64,000 nt of DNA from a virus (Duplodnaviria > Heunggongvirae > Uroviricota > Caudoviricetes), in the IMG/VR virus record IMGVR_UViG_3300031760_000012, positions 33,387 to 97,386 of that record; one strand, written 5' to 3'. A model generated the notes under the pieces. It had not been told where the DNA came from and ran no database searches. It worked only from the letters and a program-made list of their open reading frames with translations. Shown piece by piece: positions 10,983 through 21,249 of the stretch (its first letter is position 1; each line of letters opens with the position of its first letter). Both the position numbers and the translations under genes were made by a program.

Positions 10983-11468
10983 ATGACATATGTAAAAGTA
11001 AATGATGAATTAGATCTTGCAATTACTGAGGCAGAGCCGATCTACCAAGGCGAGAATTTCTCAAAATCCGTCACGTTCATCGTTCCGAAAATCGTGAGCG
11101 AACTGGACATAAAGTCGACGATTGCGTACCTCGTTTACATCAGAGCGGATGGCCATCCGGATATTGTCTACCTCGAGCGCGAGGAGGAAGATTACAACGA
11201 CGACTATTATCAGTACGTCGTTCCGATCCCGGAGACCGTCACAAGGTATCCTGGTGAGATCGTGTTCTGGCTCGAGTTCTTTGCAGGGCTTGCGTCGAAT
11301 CCGACCGTGCTGCGCACTGGCACGAGCGGACTTCATATCATCGAGCATCCTACTGTGACAGACTCTCTGACAGATTCTCAGGTTACGGCTATTTATCAGC
11401 TGTCTGCAAGGATCCTCGACACGGAGGACGACGTGACTCCGACGTATAACGATGTAATACTTTTCTGA
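10983..11468 (+). CDS. hypothetical protein
   Basis: The ATG at 10983 is preceded by GGGAGGTGA and is a better start than the track start at 10956; 161 aa. Confidence 0.5.
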   Translation: MTYVKVNDELDLAITEAEPIYQGENFSKSVTFIVPKIVSELDIKSTIAYLVYIRADGHPDIVYLEREEEDYNDDYYQYVVPIPETVTRYPGEIVFWLEFFAGLASNPTVLRTGTSGLHIIEHPTVTDSLTDSQVTAIYQLSARILDTEDDVTPTYNDVILF

Positions 11469-11473
11469 CGGGG

Positions 11474-12805
11474 GTGATGACGATTAGTAGATCGCATATT
11501 GCGTATGGAGCAAAAGACGATATACGGGGAGCGATCGCCGCGAAGAAGATCCCGAAGAATTGTCTCATCGTGACAAAGATCACAGATCCATACGAACAAG
11601 CAGAATTATTTTATTATGACAAAGAGAAAAACTTGCGCGCCCTCTCGACGAAGGAAGTGTTCAGCTCGCTGGAAGCAGCGACTGCATGGGTCAACTCGTA
11701 CTATTGCGTAGGCCGCCAGATCGTGGTTCTTGTGGACGACGAGTGGCACCTGTATACGGTCGACGCTGAGAACAATCTGGTACTGCGCGACGGAAGCGAC
11801 AAAGTCGCGGATATCGCCCCAGAGGACCCGTCCATTCATGTTGGCGGCACGAGCACATCCCCTACTATATCCGTCGTGATCGACCCGGTACTGGCGAACG
11901 GACTTGACATTGGCGAAGACGGAATCTTGCTGATGCCTGCGACACAGCAGACTGCAGGCGCGATTTCAGCAGCCGACAAGACGAAGCTGGACGGGATCGA
12001 GGCAGGCGCGGAAGTAAACACGATTCGCGACATCGGCACCGGAGCAACCGAGGGTACAATCTCTGTTAACGGCGTCGACGTGCGCGTCAAAGGACTCGGC
12101 TCAGCAGCGTTCACAGATTCGAACGCGTACCAGCCAATGGGAACTGGTATGAACTACGCTGTCGTCGAGGAGCTCCCTGACGTTGGTCGCACAGATACGA
12201 TTTATCTGAAGGCGAACAAGGGCGAGGAAAACAACGTATTCGACGAGTTCTTATACGTTAACGGCGTCTTCGAGTTAGTCGGAACTACCAAGACGGACCT
12301 GTCCGACTATTATACTCGTGGCGAAGCCGACAGAAAGATCAATTCAGTGGTCACAGAGGCGCTTATCCCAAAGGCGAACTCTGCTGATCTTGCCAAGGTC
12401 GCGACAACCGGATCGTACAAAGACCTGTCTGACAAGCCGAAGTTTCCGATCATCGTTAACTGTAAACAGAAGAGCGATGGTTATTACTACGCGGAGACTC
12501 CGTTCGGAACTGCGAAGAGCTTGCTCAAACAGGGACTGCAGGTCGCGATATACTGGCCGCCAACGAATATGGTGTTCCAGTGTACGATTTACAGCGACAG
12601 CACCAACGTCATGTACCTTGGCGTAATGGACAACACCACGTATCGTTTCTTACAGTGGACTGGCAGAAACGATCGTGTTGAAGAATATTCAAAAGCAACA
12701 TTTATCTCTAAAGAATACCTACAACTTTATTACACAAAAGAAGAGGTGGACGATATGTTTGCTCAAATCGAAGAAGATGAAATTACAAGAATGTGGGGTG
12801 TCTAA
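11474..12805 (+). CDS. tail-fiber-like protein
   Basis: 443 aa. Contains KTKLDGIEAGAEVN-type fiber repeat motifs and Gly/Thr-rich segments. Sits directly upstream of the giant fiber gene. Confidence 0.55.
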   Translation: MMTISRSHIAYGAKDDIRGAIAAKKIPKNCLIVTKITDPYEQAELFYYDKEKNLRALSTKEVFSSLEAATAWVNSYYCVGRQIVVLVDDEWHLYTVDAENNLVLRDGSDKVADIAPEDPSIHVGGTSTSPTISVVIDPVLANGLDIGEDGILLMPATQQTAGAISAADKTKLDGIEAGAEVNTIRDIGTGATEGTISVNGVDVRVKGLGSAAFTDSNAYQPMGTGMNYAVVEELPDVGRTDTIYLKANKGEENNVFDEFLYVNGVFELVGTTKTDLSDYYTRGEADRKINSVVTEALIPKANSADLAKVATTGSYKDLSDKPKFPIIVNCKQKSDGYYYAETPFGTAKSLLKQGLQVAIYWPPTNMVFQCTIYSDSTNVMYLGVMDNTTYRFLQWTGRNDRVEEYSKATFISKEYLQLYYTKEEVDDMFAQIEEDEITRMWGV

Positions 12806-15800
12806 TGAGCATAAAGTATTTAGGAGAATCAGGCACACGAACCCTCATCAACCAGCTTAAGTCTCGCCTTGCCGAATTTTACGACAAGACAGAGACCGAC
12901 ACAGCGATCGAGGTCGCACTTTCAGATGAGATCGCGCCACTGGCTGAGACGATTACGACGCTCAACCAGAACAGTGAGACATACTGTCAGGCACTGGAAG
13001 TTGACGAGGACGGTCTCGTGTGGCTGCTCAACAATGGACAAAGAATAGAAGGGCCATACGGACCTTTCGCTGGTGGCGGCGGAGGCGGCGGTGGCTCGTC
13101 AGTAGGCGGCGCAACAATGAGAGTCTCAAACACGACTGGATGGCTCTCGAATACCGTCGTCAAAGATGCCGAGTGCAAAGTCAGCATGACATGGTCTTCT
13201 ATTGAAGATGACATGCCTACAGGCGATGGTACTGTAAAGGTTTCCGTAAACGGAGTCTTGAAATCGTCGCGAAACGTAGCACAGGGTGCATTCGAAATCG
13301 ACGTAGCTCCTTATCTCGCCACCGGTACGAACATGGTACAGGTTGCTCTGTCTGACGTATACGGAACGAATCGTAAAATCAATTACACGATTACCGTAAT
13401 CGAGCTTTCGATCAGTTCTACGTTCGACACAACGGCAACTTTCTCCGGGAAGATCACCTTCCCTTACACTCCTGTCGGCGCGGCGACGAAGACAATTCAC
13501 TTCATCCTTGACGGGACGGAGCTTGACACACTGACAACGTCTGCGTCGAACAGACAATTATCATACGTTATTCCACAACAGTCTCACGGCGTTCACGTGT
13601 TCGAGTGCTACTTCGACGCTACCATCAACGGTCAGATCGTAACTTCGAACAGACTGTACTACGAGATCACATGCATCAATGAGGAAAGCTCCTCTACGAT
13701 CATCTCATCCTCGTTCAACCAGTCAACCGTGACGCAGTATACGACTCTGAACATTCCGTACAGAGTATATACACCGAGTTCGTCTACGTCACCTGTGACG
13801 ATCAAGGTTAACGGCGAGACAAAAGCTGAACTTACAGTCGACCGTTCAGAGCAGATCTTTACTTATAGACCGTCAACCCCTGGCACGCTTACAATCCTCT
13901 TTACATGTGGCGACGTTAATAAGACGATCACGCTTACAGTAGAGGAAGCCGAGGCTGACGTTCACGCTGAAACGCAGGATCTTGCTCTGTATCTGAACGC
14001 GATCAGCCGTAGTAACGCAGAAGCCGATCCATCGATCTGGCAGTACAACAACATCAAGGCGACATTGACGGGATTCAACTACATTATCGACGGCTGGCAG
14101 CAGGATGACGAAGGTATCGACGTTCTCAGAGTCGACGGAGATGCGCGTGTCACAATTCCGTACAATCTGTTCGGAACTGACTTTAAGTCGACCGGTAAGA
14201 CAATCGAGATCGAGTTCGCAACTCGTCAGGTATCAGACTACACAGCGACTATTATCTCTTGTTTCTCTGACGGCATTGGTCTTCAGATCACACCGCAGAT
14301 GGTAACATTCAGCGGCGCACAGACATCGACGAATACTCTTTACAAAGAGAACGAGCATATCACACTGTCAATCGTTGTTGAGAAGCAGAACGAGAACAGA
14401 CTGATCCTTGTTTATATCAACGGCATCATGTCAAGGGCGATCCAGTATGCGTCTGGTGAGCGTTTCTCACAGCTGAGTCCGGTTGGCATTAGTATCGGAT
14501 CTGACGACTGTGGTGTCGACATTTACAAGATCAGAGTCTACGACAATAGTTTGTCAAGAGAACAGATTCTGGACAACTGGATTGCGGATACTCAGGATGG
14601 TCCGACAATGCTCGAACGTTATAACCACAACGACGTGTACGACGAGTACGGTAGTGTATCGATCAACAAGCTGCCGAAGGATCTTCCATATATGATCCTT
14701 GAGTGCGACGAACTTCCGCAGTACAAAGGTGACAAGAAGAAGACTGTCAAAGGTTCGTTTACTGATCCAGTCGACTCATCAATGGATTTTACTTTTGATG
14801 GCTGCGAAATGGACGTACAGGGTACATCATCCGCTCCATACTACAGGAAGAATTTCGATATGAAATTTAAAGCCTGCGGATTCGACACAGCGTCTGGTAA
14901 TGTGCCGGTATACGCTCTCAGAAAAGGATCAATTCCGTTCAATCGTTTCGTCCTTAAGGCTGACGTTGCGTCATCCGAGTCAACAAACAACACTGGTCTG
15001 ACAATGTTTTATAACGATACATGTCCTTACAAGACCCGTGAGATGCTGGCCAACTCCAAGGTGCGTCATGGTATTGAAGGTATTCCAATTGTTCTTTATT
15101 GGCACGATACCGTCAACGACAAAACGTATTTTTGGGGCAAGTACAATTTCAACCTTCCTAAGCGTGCAAATACTCCGCTGGGCTATTCCGGTAATATGCA
15201 GTCTTGGGAATGGCAAAGAAACAACTCACCGAATGTTAAGTTCCAGGCGTCAGACTTCACGACTGAAATCTGGGATGAAGAAGCCGGTCAGTATAAGCCT
15301 TTATGGTACGACGACTTTGAGGCGCGATTCCCTGAAGATACATGGCGCGACTATACTCAGCTCAAGGAAATCCTCGACTGGGTAGTATCGACCGACAGGA
15401 CCAAGGCGACGAATGAAACGCTTAGTTCTCCTGTATCATACACTCTGGATAATACGCTCACGCTTGTGAACTATTCAGACGACACGAGTTATACAGTAAC
15501 CGATGCCGCCAACAACAAGAAGACGATTACGTTCACAAAAGATACTCCAGCTTATCGACTCACGAGGTTCAAAGCGGAATGCGGTGATCGCTTCGAAATG
15601 CAGTCTGCGTATTTCTATTACCTTTTCACAGAGCTGTTCTTAATGATCGACTCTCGTGCAAAGAATATGTTCATCGGCTTCAAGGGATCCGACGTTACGT
15701 TGCAAGGATCATCGCTTACGAGAAAGGCTGTGTTCGAGCCATACGATATGGATACCGCGATTGGTACTAACAACTCCGGTGTTCTGATGTTCGGATACTA

Positions 15801-18800
15801 CCTCGAAGATACTGACCATGTATCCAGCATTATCTCTGGCGGCGACGAAGGCGGAACTGATGCGCCTGTATTCAACGCGCAGGATTCTGTATTCTGGATG
15901 AACCTTAGAGACTCGTCAAGACCTGAACTTATGAGCATGTATAGAACGCTGAGAAGTGGTGCATGGTCATATTCGATCGTTGAGACAATGTTCGAAAATC
16001 ATCAGGCGAAGTGGCCAGAGGCGATCTTCAACGAGGACGCGTATGCGAAGTATTTAACTCCGCTTGTAGAAGCCGTTACGGTAGACGAAGAAACTGGCAA
16101 GCTCATCAAGACAGACCGTTACCTGACTATGCTTCAGGGATCTAAAACCGAGCAGCGTAAATGGTGGCTCAACGGGCGCTTCCGCTATATCGACTCCAAG
16201 TACAACACAGGCGATGCCGCCAACAAGTATATCTATATGCGTCTGTTCAATAACGGAACGCTGACGATTACCCCGGCGATCGACATGTACGTAGGAGCGA
16301 GCTTTGGCGGTGGAAGTACTCCGAACTTGAAGAGAACAACTGCGAATACTCCAGTTTCGTTCCCGTATCAGATGGACACGGGCGTAACCGAAATGGAAAC
16401 ATGGGTCTACTCCGCCGACTTGATCACAGACGTTGGCGATCTGGCTCCGCTATTCCCGAACGAACTGGACTTCAGTAGGGCGACCCGTATCAAGAATCTG
16501 AAGATCGGCGACGCATCACCGACCTACAGCAATGCGAACTTTAAGACACTGGACGTGCGGAACTCTGCCCTGCTCGAGACAATCGACGTACGGAACTGTC
16601 CGCAGCTGACGATTACGGTTAATCTCGAAGGATCGCCGAAGCTCAAAGAAGCGTACTTCGACGGAACTGCGATTACAGGTGTTGATCTGGTCGATGGCGG
16701 CGTGCTCGAGACGCTGCACCTGCCTGCGACGATTACGACGCTGACGCTGATGAACCAGAACAAGCTGACAGATCTGCAGATCGACTCTTACTCGAACGTG
16801 TCAAGGCTCATGCTGAAGGATATGAATCAGTCTGTTCTGAATCCACTGACCGTGCTTAGGCAGATCAGACCGAACGCACAGGTTTATATCAGCGGTCTGG
16901 AGCTGACACTGGCAACTGCTGCTGAGATCGAGGAGTTCTTGGATTTGCTCGACACGATGCAGGGTGTTGACCGTGAGAAGGGCACCGACGGATCGTGGGT
17001 TTACCATACGTATGATACTGCTCAGGTAGCTGGTGTTATTACGACAGGTTCGCTCACTGGCGCACAGGTTGCTTCGTACAACGCGAGATATCCGTACCTC
17101 GAGATCAACGCTGAGCATATTGAGTCAACGCTGACATATATGAATTTCGACGGGACGCAGACAATAAAGACTGTTCGGTGCTTGGATGGCGTGCCACAGG
17201 AAAGCGGTCCATCAGGTCCTACGAGGGAATCCACAGCACAGTACAACTTCACCTTTGTCGGCTGGAGCCGTGACAAGAACGCGGAAATTGCGCAGAGCGA
17301 CGCCGCGTCAAACGTCAAGGGCGACCGTACGATCTACGCTGCGTACACAAAGGCAATCAGATCGTATACAGTTACTTGGAAGAATCAGGGTACGACACTT
17401 AAGACAGACACTGTTGAGTATGGTGTTACTCCTTCATACTCAGGTCCGACCCCGACATATCAGGGACAGACATCGACTGGCTGGGACCCTGAGATTAGCC
17501 CGGTGACTGGCAATATTACGTATAACGCGACGTATCTGCCAAGATATACTGTTACATATTACAACGACACGACTGTAATAAAGACTGAGCAGGTTACGCA
17601 AGGCGCGAACGGTGTGCCACCTACTGAAACTCCGACGAAGCCTGGAAGCAATCCGGGAGATTACGAGTTCATGGGCTGGAATCCACTACCGAATAACGTA
17701 CAGGCGAACATGTCTGTATATGCACAGTACAAAGATAATCGGTCGGTTGTTGTTAAGTATTTGACGAATAGTCTTGATAAGTATGAAACGACATCGAATA
17801 CAACCCTGGCAGCAAACGCGTTCTATAATATGTCTTCGCTTACAGAAGTTTCTGGCCCGTTGACAACAATTGATTCATCAGCGTTCTCAAGCGCATCGAA
17901 TCTTACAAAAGTTGATCTGACCGGAACAAGCCCTGTGACGATTTCGACCACAGCGTTGGCAAGTAAGGCGAAATTGGACGCGTTGTTTATTCGCAGCACA
18001 ACTATGTCGTCTATGTCGAGCACGAGCAATCTCGCAGGCACAAAGATCTCTGCAGGAGCAGGAGCTATATATGTTCCGAGCGGATTGGTCGCGTCGTACA
18101 AAGCTGATTCAATATGGAAGAATTATTGCATTGCCTCGATTGACGATTATCCTATTACAGATTTCTCGACGATTACTGATTCGTGGGAGCAAATTTTCGC
18201 GAATGAGACTAATGGGTCGTATGCGAACAAGTATCACGTTGGTGACACAAAGAAGATCACCATTAACGGTGTCGAGGATTACATGCAGATAGTTGCCATG
18301 GAAGCAGATGATCTCGCTGATGGATCAGGCAAGGCAAAGATTACGTGGTTGAGCAAGGGATTATTCACGACTCATAAAATGAATGACACAGGTACCAACG
18401 CAAACGGCTGGGCTCAATCCGGTATGCGTACGTGGCTCAGAGAAACGATACTGCCTACGCTGGATTCAACAATTCAGAGCAATATCAAAGAAGTAACAAA
18501 GACGTATTATGATAAGACGACCACTTCGACATTATCAATCACAGATACGGTGTGGATCCCATCAGCTAGAGAAATATACGGAGGCACATCATACGAATCT
18601 GCAGGTTGTGATTATACTTCTCTGTTTAACTCAGATTCAGCACGCATTAAATATGACACATCAGGTACTGCCAGCGGTTGGTGGCTGCGTTCTGCTGATA
18701 GCAACAACGACACTTACTTCCGTTTTGTGCGTAGCTACGGTGGCGTGGGCAACGGCGGTGCCGGCTATACTTATGGCGTAGCCCTCGGCTTCTCGACTTG

Positions 18801-18801
18801 A
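12805..18801 (+). CDS. giant DGR target protein 1 (about 1998 aa), receptor-binding/tail-fiber type
   Basis: Features in order: poly-Gly linker (GGGGGGGGS); leucine-rich repeats (aa about 1240-1330 and BspA-like LRR near the C-terminus); three Listeria/Bacteroides-type (Flg_new-like) repeats; a C-terminal domain ...WWLRSA...GVALGFST whose last about 130 nt form VR1. The ATG at 12805 overlaps the upstream stop (TAATG); the track start at 12793 is a GTG. Confidence 0.8.
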   Translation: MSIKYLGESGTRTLINQLKSRLAEFYDKTETDTAIEVALSDEIAPLAETITTLNQNSETYCQALEVDEDGLVWLLNNGQRIEGPYGPFAGGGGGGGGSSVGGATMRVSNTTGWLSNTVVKDAECKVSMTWSSIEDDMPTGDGTVKVSVNGVLKSSRNVAQGAFEIDVAPYLATGTNMVQVALSDVYGTNRKINYTITVIELSISSTFDTTATFSGKITFPYTPVGAATKTIHFILDGTELDTLTTSASNRQLSYVIPQQSHGVHVFECYFDATINGQIVTSNRLYYEITCINEESSSTIISSSFNQSTVTQYTTLNIPYRVYTPSSSTSPVTIKVNGETKAELTVDRSEQIFTYRPSTPGTLTILFTCGDVNKTITLTVEEAEADVHAETQDLALYLNAISRSNAEADPSIWQYNNIKATLTGFNYIIDGWQQDDEGIDVLRVDGDARVTIPYNLFGTDFKSTGKTIEIEFATRQVSDYTATIISCFSDGIGLQITPQMVTFSGAQTSTNTLYKENEHITLSIVVEKQNENRLILVYINGIMSRAIQYASGERFSQLSPVGISIGSDDCGVDIYKIRVYDNSLSREQILDNWIADTQDGPTMLERYNHNDVYDEYGSVSINKLPKDLPYMILECDELPQYKGDKKKTVKGSFTDPVDSSMDFTFDGCEMDVQGTSSAPYYRKNFDMKFKACGFDTASGNVPVYALRKGSIPFNRFVLKADVASSESTNNTGLTMFYNDTCPYKTREMLANSKVRHGIEGIPIVLYWHDTVNDKTYFWGKYNFNLPKRANTPLGYSGNMQSWEWQRNNSPNVKFQASDFTTEIWDEEAGQYKPLWYDDFEARFPEDTWRDYTQLKEILDWVVSTDRTKATNETLSSPVSYTLDNTLTLVNYSDDTSYTVTDAANNKKTITFTKDTPAYRLTRFKAECGDRFEMQSAYFYYLFTELFLMIDSRAKNMFIGFKGSDVTLQGSSLTRKAVFEPYDMDTAIGTNNSGVLMFGYYLEDTDHVSSIISGGDEGGTDAPVFNAQDSVFWMNLRDSSRPELMSMYRTLRSGAWSYSIVETMFENHQAKWPEAIFNEDAYAKYLTPLVEAVTVDEETGKLIKTDRYLTMLQGSKTEQRKWWLNGRFRYIDSKYNTGDAANKYIYMRLFNNGTLTITPAIDMYVGASFGGGSTPNLKRTTANTPVSFPYQMDTGVTEMETWVYSADLITDVGDLAPLFPNELDFSRATRIKNLKIGDASPTYSNANFKTLDVRNSALLETIDVRNCPQLTITVNLEGSPKLKEAYFDGTAITGVDLVDGGVLETLHLPATITTLTLMNQNKLTDLQIDSYSNVSRLMLKDMNQSVLNPLTVLRQIRPNAQVYISGLELTLATAAEIEEFLDLLDTMQGVDREKGTDGSWVYHTYDTAQVAGVITTGSLTGAQVASYNARYPYLEINAEHIESTLTYMNFDGTQTIKTVRCLDGVPQESGPSGPTRESTAQYNFTFVGWSRDKNAEIAQSDAASNVKGDRTIYAAYTKAIRSYTVTWKNQGTTLKTDTVEYGVTPSYSGPTPTYQGQTSTGWDPEISPVTGNITYNATYLPRYTVTYYNDTTVIKTEQVTQGANGVPPTETPTKPGSNPGDYEFMGWNPLPNNVQANMSVYAQYKDNRSVVVKYLTNSLDKYETTSNTTLAANAFYNMSSLTEVSGPLTTIDSSAFSSASNLTKVDLTGTSPVTISTTALASKAKLDALFIRSTTMSSMSSTSNLAGTKISAGAGAIYVPSGLVASYKADSIWKNYCIASIDDYPITDFSTITDSWEQIFANETNGSYANKYHVGDTKKITINGVEDYMQIVAMEADDLADGSGKAKITWLSKGLFTTHKMNDTGTNANGWAQSGMRTWLRETILPTLDSTIQSNIKEVTKTYYDKTTTSTLSITDTVWIPSAREIYGGTSYESAGCDYTSLFNSDSARIKYDTSGTASGWWLRSADSNNDTYFRFVRSYGGVGNGGAGYTYGVALGFST
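18667..18796 (+). repeat. DGR variable region VR1 (3' end of target gene 1)
   Basis: Aligns over about 128 nt with the TR at 19271-19398. All 24 internal differences fall at TR adenines (AAC/AAT codons become GGC/TAC/CGT/AGC/GGT and so on). Confidence 0.85.
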
Positions 18802-18819
18802 TCTAAATATCAATCAACC

Positions 18820-18839
18820 TCGCCGCCTGCGTGCGGCGA
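18820..18839 (+). promoter_or_regulatory. GC-rich hairpin downstream of VR1, a DGR target-recognition/IMH-associated stem-loop
   Basis: TCGCCGC-ctgcgt-GCGGCGA, a perfect 7-bp stem about 23 nt after VR1. An identical element follows VR2 and none follows the TR. Confidence 0.6.
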
Positions 18840-18855
18840 ACACGTTGTAAAGGGG

Positions 18856-19263
18856 ATGATTATTATTTCAGTAGTTAAAAGCAAACGTGGCGTATCGAAA
18901 ATGGAGTTCGTCCATAACGCAGGAAAGTTAGCTGCGTTTACAATTAAAAGATGCGTAAATTTTCCGAAGAGATACACATTTTTCATAAGCGACCGGCTTG
19001 CTAATATGGCGTCCGAAGTATATACCAACGTAATACGTGCAAATAATATCTATGCGAAGAATCAGCACGACGCACAAATAAGAATAGATTTTCTTGTCGA
19101 CGCTCGCGGATTACTTTACGGTCTTATTTCTCAAATCGGAATCGCACGAGAGCTATTCACAATAAACGACAATGTAATGGAAGAGTGGATGACTTTGATA
19201 AACACTGAAATATCTCTTATAAACGGCGTGATCAAAAATGATAGAAGAAAGTTTGGGTTATAA
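18856..19263 (+). CDS. avd: accessory variability determinant (Avd-like four-helix-bundle protein)
   Basis: 135-aa basic protein between the VR and TR. The segment FPKRYTFFISDRLANMASEVYTNVIRAN resembles the FPKxE..S.LRRAA.SI..NIAEG core of the Avd/S23-IVP family. Position is the canonical target-avd-TR-RT order. An alternative start exists at 18901. Confidence 0.6.
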   Translation: MIIISVVKSKRGVSKMEFVHNAGKLAAFTIKRCVNFPKRYTFFISDRLANMASEVYTNVIRANNIYAKNQHDAQIRIDFLVDARGLLYGLISQIGIARELFTINDNVMEEWMTLINTEISLINGVIKNDRRKFGL

Positions 19264-19270
19264 ACTGTAT

Positions 19271-19398
19271 ACTGCCAACAATTGGTGGCTGCGTTCTGCT
19301 AATAGCAACAACGACACTAACTTCCGTAATGTGAATAACAACGGTAACGTGAACAACAACAATGCCAACAATACTAATGGCGTAGCCCTCGGATTCTC
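19271..19398 (+). repeat. DGR template repeat (TR)
   Basis: Non-coding copy of VR1/VR2, extremely adenine-rich (runs of AAC/AAT). It lies between avd and the RT and lacks the downstream hairpin. Confidence 0.85.
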
Positions 19399-19571
19399 TC
19401 AAGGCAGACAGAGTAACCATACGGCGAAATCAGTCCATGAAGAGAAGGAGTTTATAACCCTCCCGTATGGGTAAATGAATGCGCTGACGAGACAGAGTGG
19501 ACGCTGCTTGCATGGCAATATTTTATTGTTTCATACTCGGTCTCTACGAGTAGCGTACGAAAGGAATTTGT

Positions 19572-20672
19572 ATGACAAGCGAACAAAGGCATGCTGCAAG
19601 ACGAAAGCGACGTGAAGAAAAACGCCGCCAAAAGAAAGCTGAATTTATGTTGGATTACGACGATTTCGACAAGGTGTTTACATTTGACCATCTGTACAAG
19701 TCGTATGAAAAATGTCGCAGAAGCGTATCATGGAAATCGAGCGTGCAGAATTATATAGCTCAAGCTCCGCTAAAAGTTAATAACACGTTGAAAGAACTGC
19801 GAGAAGGTAAATTTAGAACAGACGGATTTTACGAATTCGACATATACGAGCGCGGCAAAATCAGACATATTAAATCTGTTACGATGCGCGAACGCGTTGT
19901 TCAAAGATGTTTGTGTGATTACGCCCTCACGCCTGTGTTATCAAGGACGTTCATATATGATAACGGAGCGTCGCTACCAGACAAAGGATACCATTTTTCA
20001 ATGAACAGAATTCAGGAGCACCTGAGAGAATGTGGTCGAGATGGATATATTTTACTTTTTGATTTTTCGCAATTCTTCGATAGCATTCCGCACGATATGG
20101 TAAAGGGCATTATCAGAAACGAATTTACTGATGAAAGGATTGTCGAGTTGTGCGACCATTTTGTCGACGTATTCGGCGACGTTGGACTAGGACTCGGATC
20201 TCAAATAAGCCAAATTCTCGCTCTGGCGGCAGTGAATCGTTTGGATCATTTTGTAAAAGAACACCTTAGAATACGTGGTTATGGAAGATATATGGATGAT
20301 GGTTATCTGATTCACAAAGATAAAGAGTATTTAAAATATTGTTTAAAAGAGATAAAAGCACTGTGTTCGGAACTTGGCATTGTGCTTAATCCAAAGAAAA
20401 CTCAAATCGTAAAAATTAGTCACGGATTCACATGGCTGAAATGTCGGTTCATTGTTACTGATAGTGGCAAGGTGATAAAGAAAATCTGCAAGAATTCGGT
20501 AACACGAGAGAGGCGTAAAATCAAAAAACTTTCAGCTATGCAACAACAAGGAATTGTCAGTATCGAGGATGTGACCGCATCATACCAGAGCTGGCGTGGA
20601 TATGCATCACACTTCGACGCATATCGTACAATCCAAAACATGGATAAATTATTTAAGGAGGAATTCTTATGA
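19572..20672 (+). CDS. DGR reverse transcriptase
   Basis: 366 aa. RT motifs present, including YMDD (RYMDDGYL) and the DGR-characteristic motif-4 variant LGLGSQISQ ([IL]GxxxSQ instead of QGxxxSP). RBS AAAGGAA. Located 170 nt downstream of the TR. Confidence 0.9.
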   Translation: MTSEQRHAARRKRREEKRRQKKAEFMLDYDDFDKVFTFDHLYKSYEKCRRSVSWKSSVQNYIAQAPLKVNNTLKELREGKFRTDGFYEFDIYERGKIRHIKSVTMRERVVQRCLCDYALTPVLSRTFIYDNGASLPDKGYHFSMNRIQEHLRECGRDGYILLFDFSQFFDSIPHDMVKGIIRNEFTDERIVELCDHFVDVFGDVGLGLGSQISQILALAAVNRLDHFVKEHLRIRGYGRYMDDGYLIHKDKEYLKYCLKEIKALCSELGIVLNPKKTQIVKISHGFTWLKCRFIVTDSGKVIKKICKNSVTRERRKIKKLSAMQQQGIVSIEDVTASYQSWRGYASHFDAYRTIQNMDKLFKEEFL

Positions 20673-21082
20673 GTAACTATACAGCACTTTTGCATGATGG
20701 GACTGTAATTCCAATCGCAGACGGCACTTACACACTGAATTTGATTTGTAATTTCGAAACGAAGGAAGCGTTCGAGTCCACATGGGGAACAATGAATTCT
20801 GAGTCTCTGAAAACGATCGAAATTCAGCGTGGCGAAATCACGGTTGGAACTTTCTACAACTGCGTTCTGACGAATATCCAGATCGTAATTAATTCAAACA
20901 ACACATATACAGTTCACTTCTATCTGAAAGAAAACGACACTGACGAAGAACTTCCAAAGACGTATACTCAGCTTCTCGCTGAACGTATTGACGCACTTGA
21001 AGATGGTCAGGCAACTCAGGACGGAGCGATCGAAGATCTCGGATACGCAATCTCTGAGCTCGCAGAAGGAGGCGAAGCATAA
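20669..21082 (+). CDS. hypothetical protein, in the XkdW-like position
   Basis: 137-aa ORF overlapping the RT stop (ATGA); acidic C-terminus. Confidence 0.45.
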   Translation: MSNYTALLHDGTVIPIADGTYTLNLICNFETKEAFESTWGTMNSESLKTIEIQRGEITVGTFYNCVLTNIQIVINSNNTYTVHFYLKENDTDEELPKTYTQLLAERIDALEDGQATQDGAIEDLGYAISELAEGGEA

Positions 21083-21189
21083 TGGGAAGATTCTATGGTG
21101 AAAAAATCCTTGCAGGACAGATGACGATTTATCAGGTGCCGAAATACTGGCGTAAAAAGGTTGAAGACTGGCTTGCTGAAAATCAGTAA
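21082..21189 (+). CDS. small XkdX-like protein (35 aa); not in the ORF track
   Basis: ATG overlaps the upstream stop (TAATG). MGRFYGEKILAGQMTIYQVPKYWRKKVEDWLAENQ resembles the small XkdX family proteins that follow tail fiber genes in Firmicutes prophages. Confidence 0.35.
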   Translation: MGRFYGEKILAGQMTIYQVPKYWRKKVEDWLAENQ

Positions 21190-21249
21190 GTTCGATAATA
21201 CGGTGGCTGGGTTCATTGCTCAGCCACCACTGAACAGAAAGGATTAATT

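Noticed and set aside
12987-13214. Minus-strand ORF with a PPPPPPPP run, and the overlapping plus-strand ORF 13020-13205 (RRRRR-rich)
   Set aside because: These are alternative-frame or antisense readings of the GGC/GGT poly-glycine linker inside the 2002-aa protein; they are spurious.
19238-19474. 78-aa Asn-rich ORF (…NNWWLRSANSNNDTNFRNVNNNGNVNNNNANNTNGVALGF…)
   Set aside because: This is the DGR template repeat read in the VR frame. Its AAC/AAT richness is the adenine-loaded template, not a protein gene. It lacks an RBS and overlaps the avd stop region.
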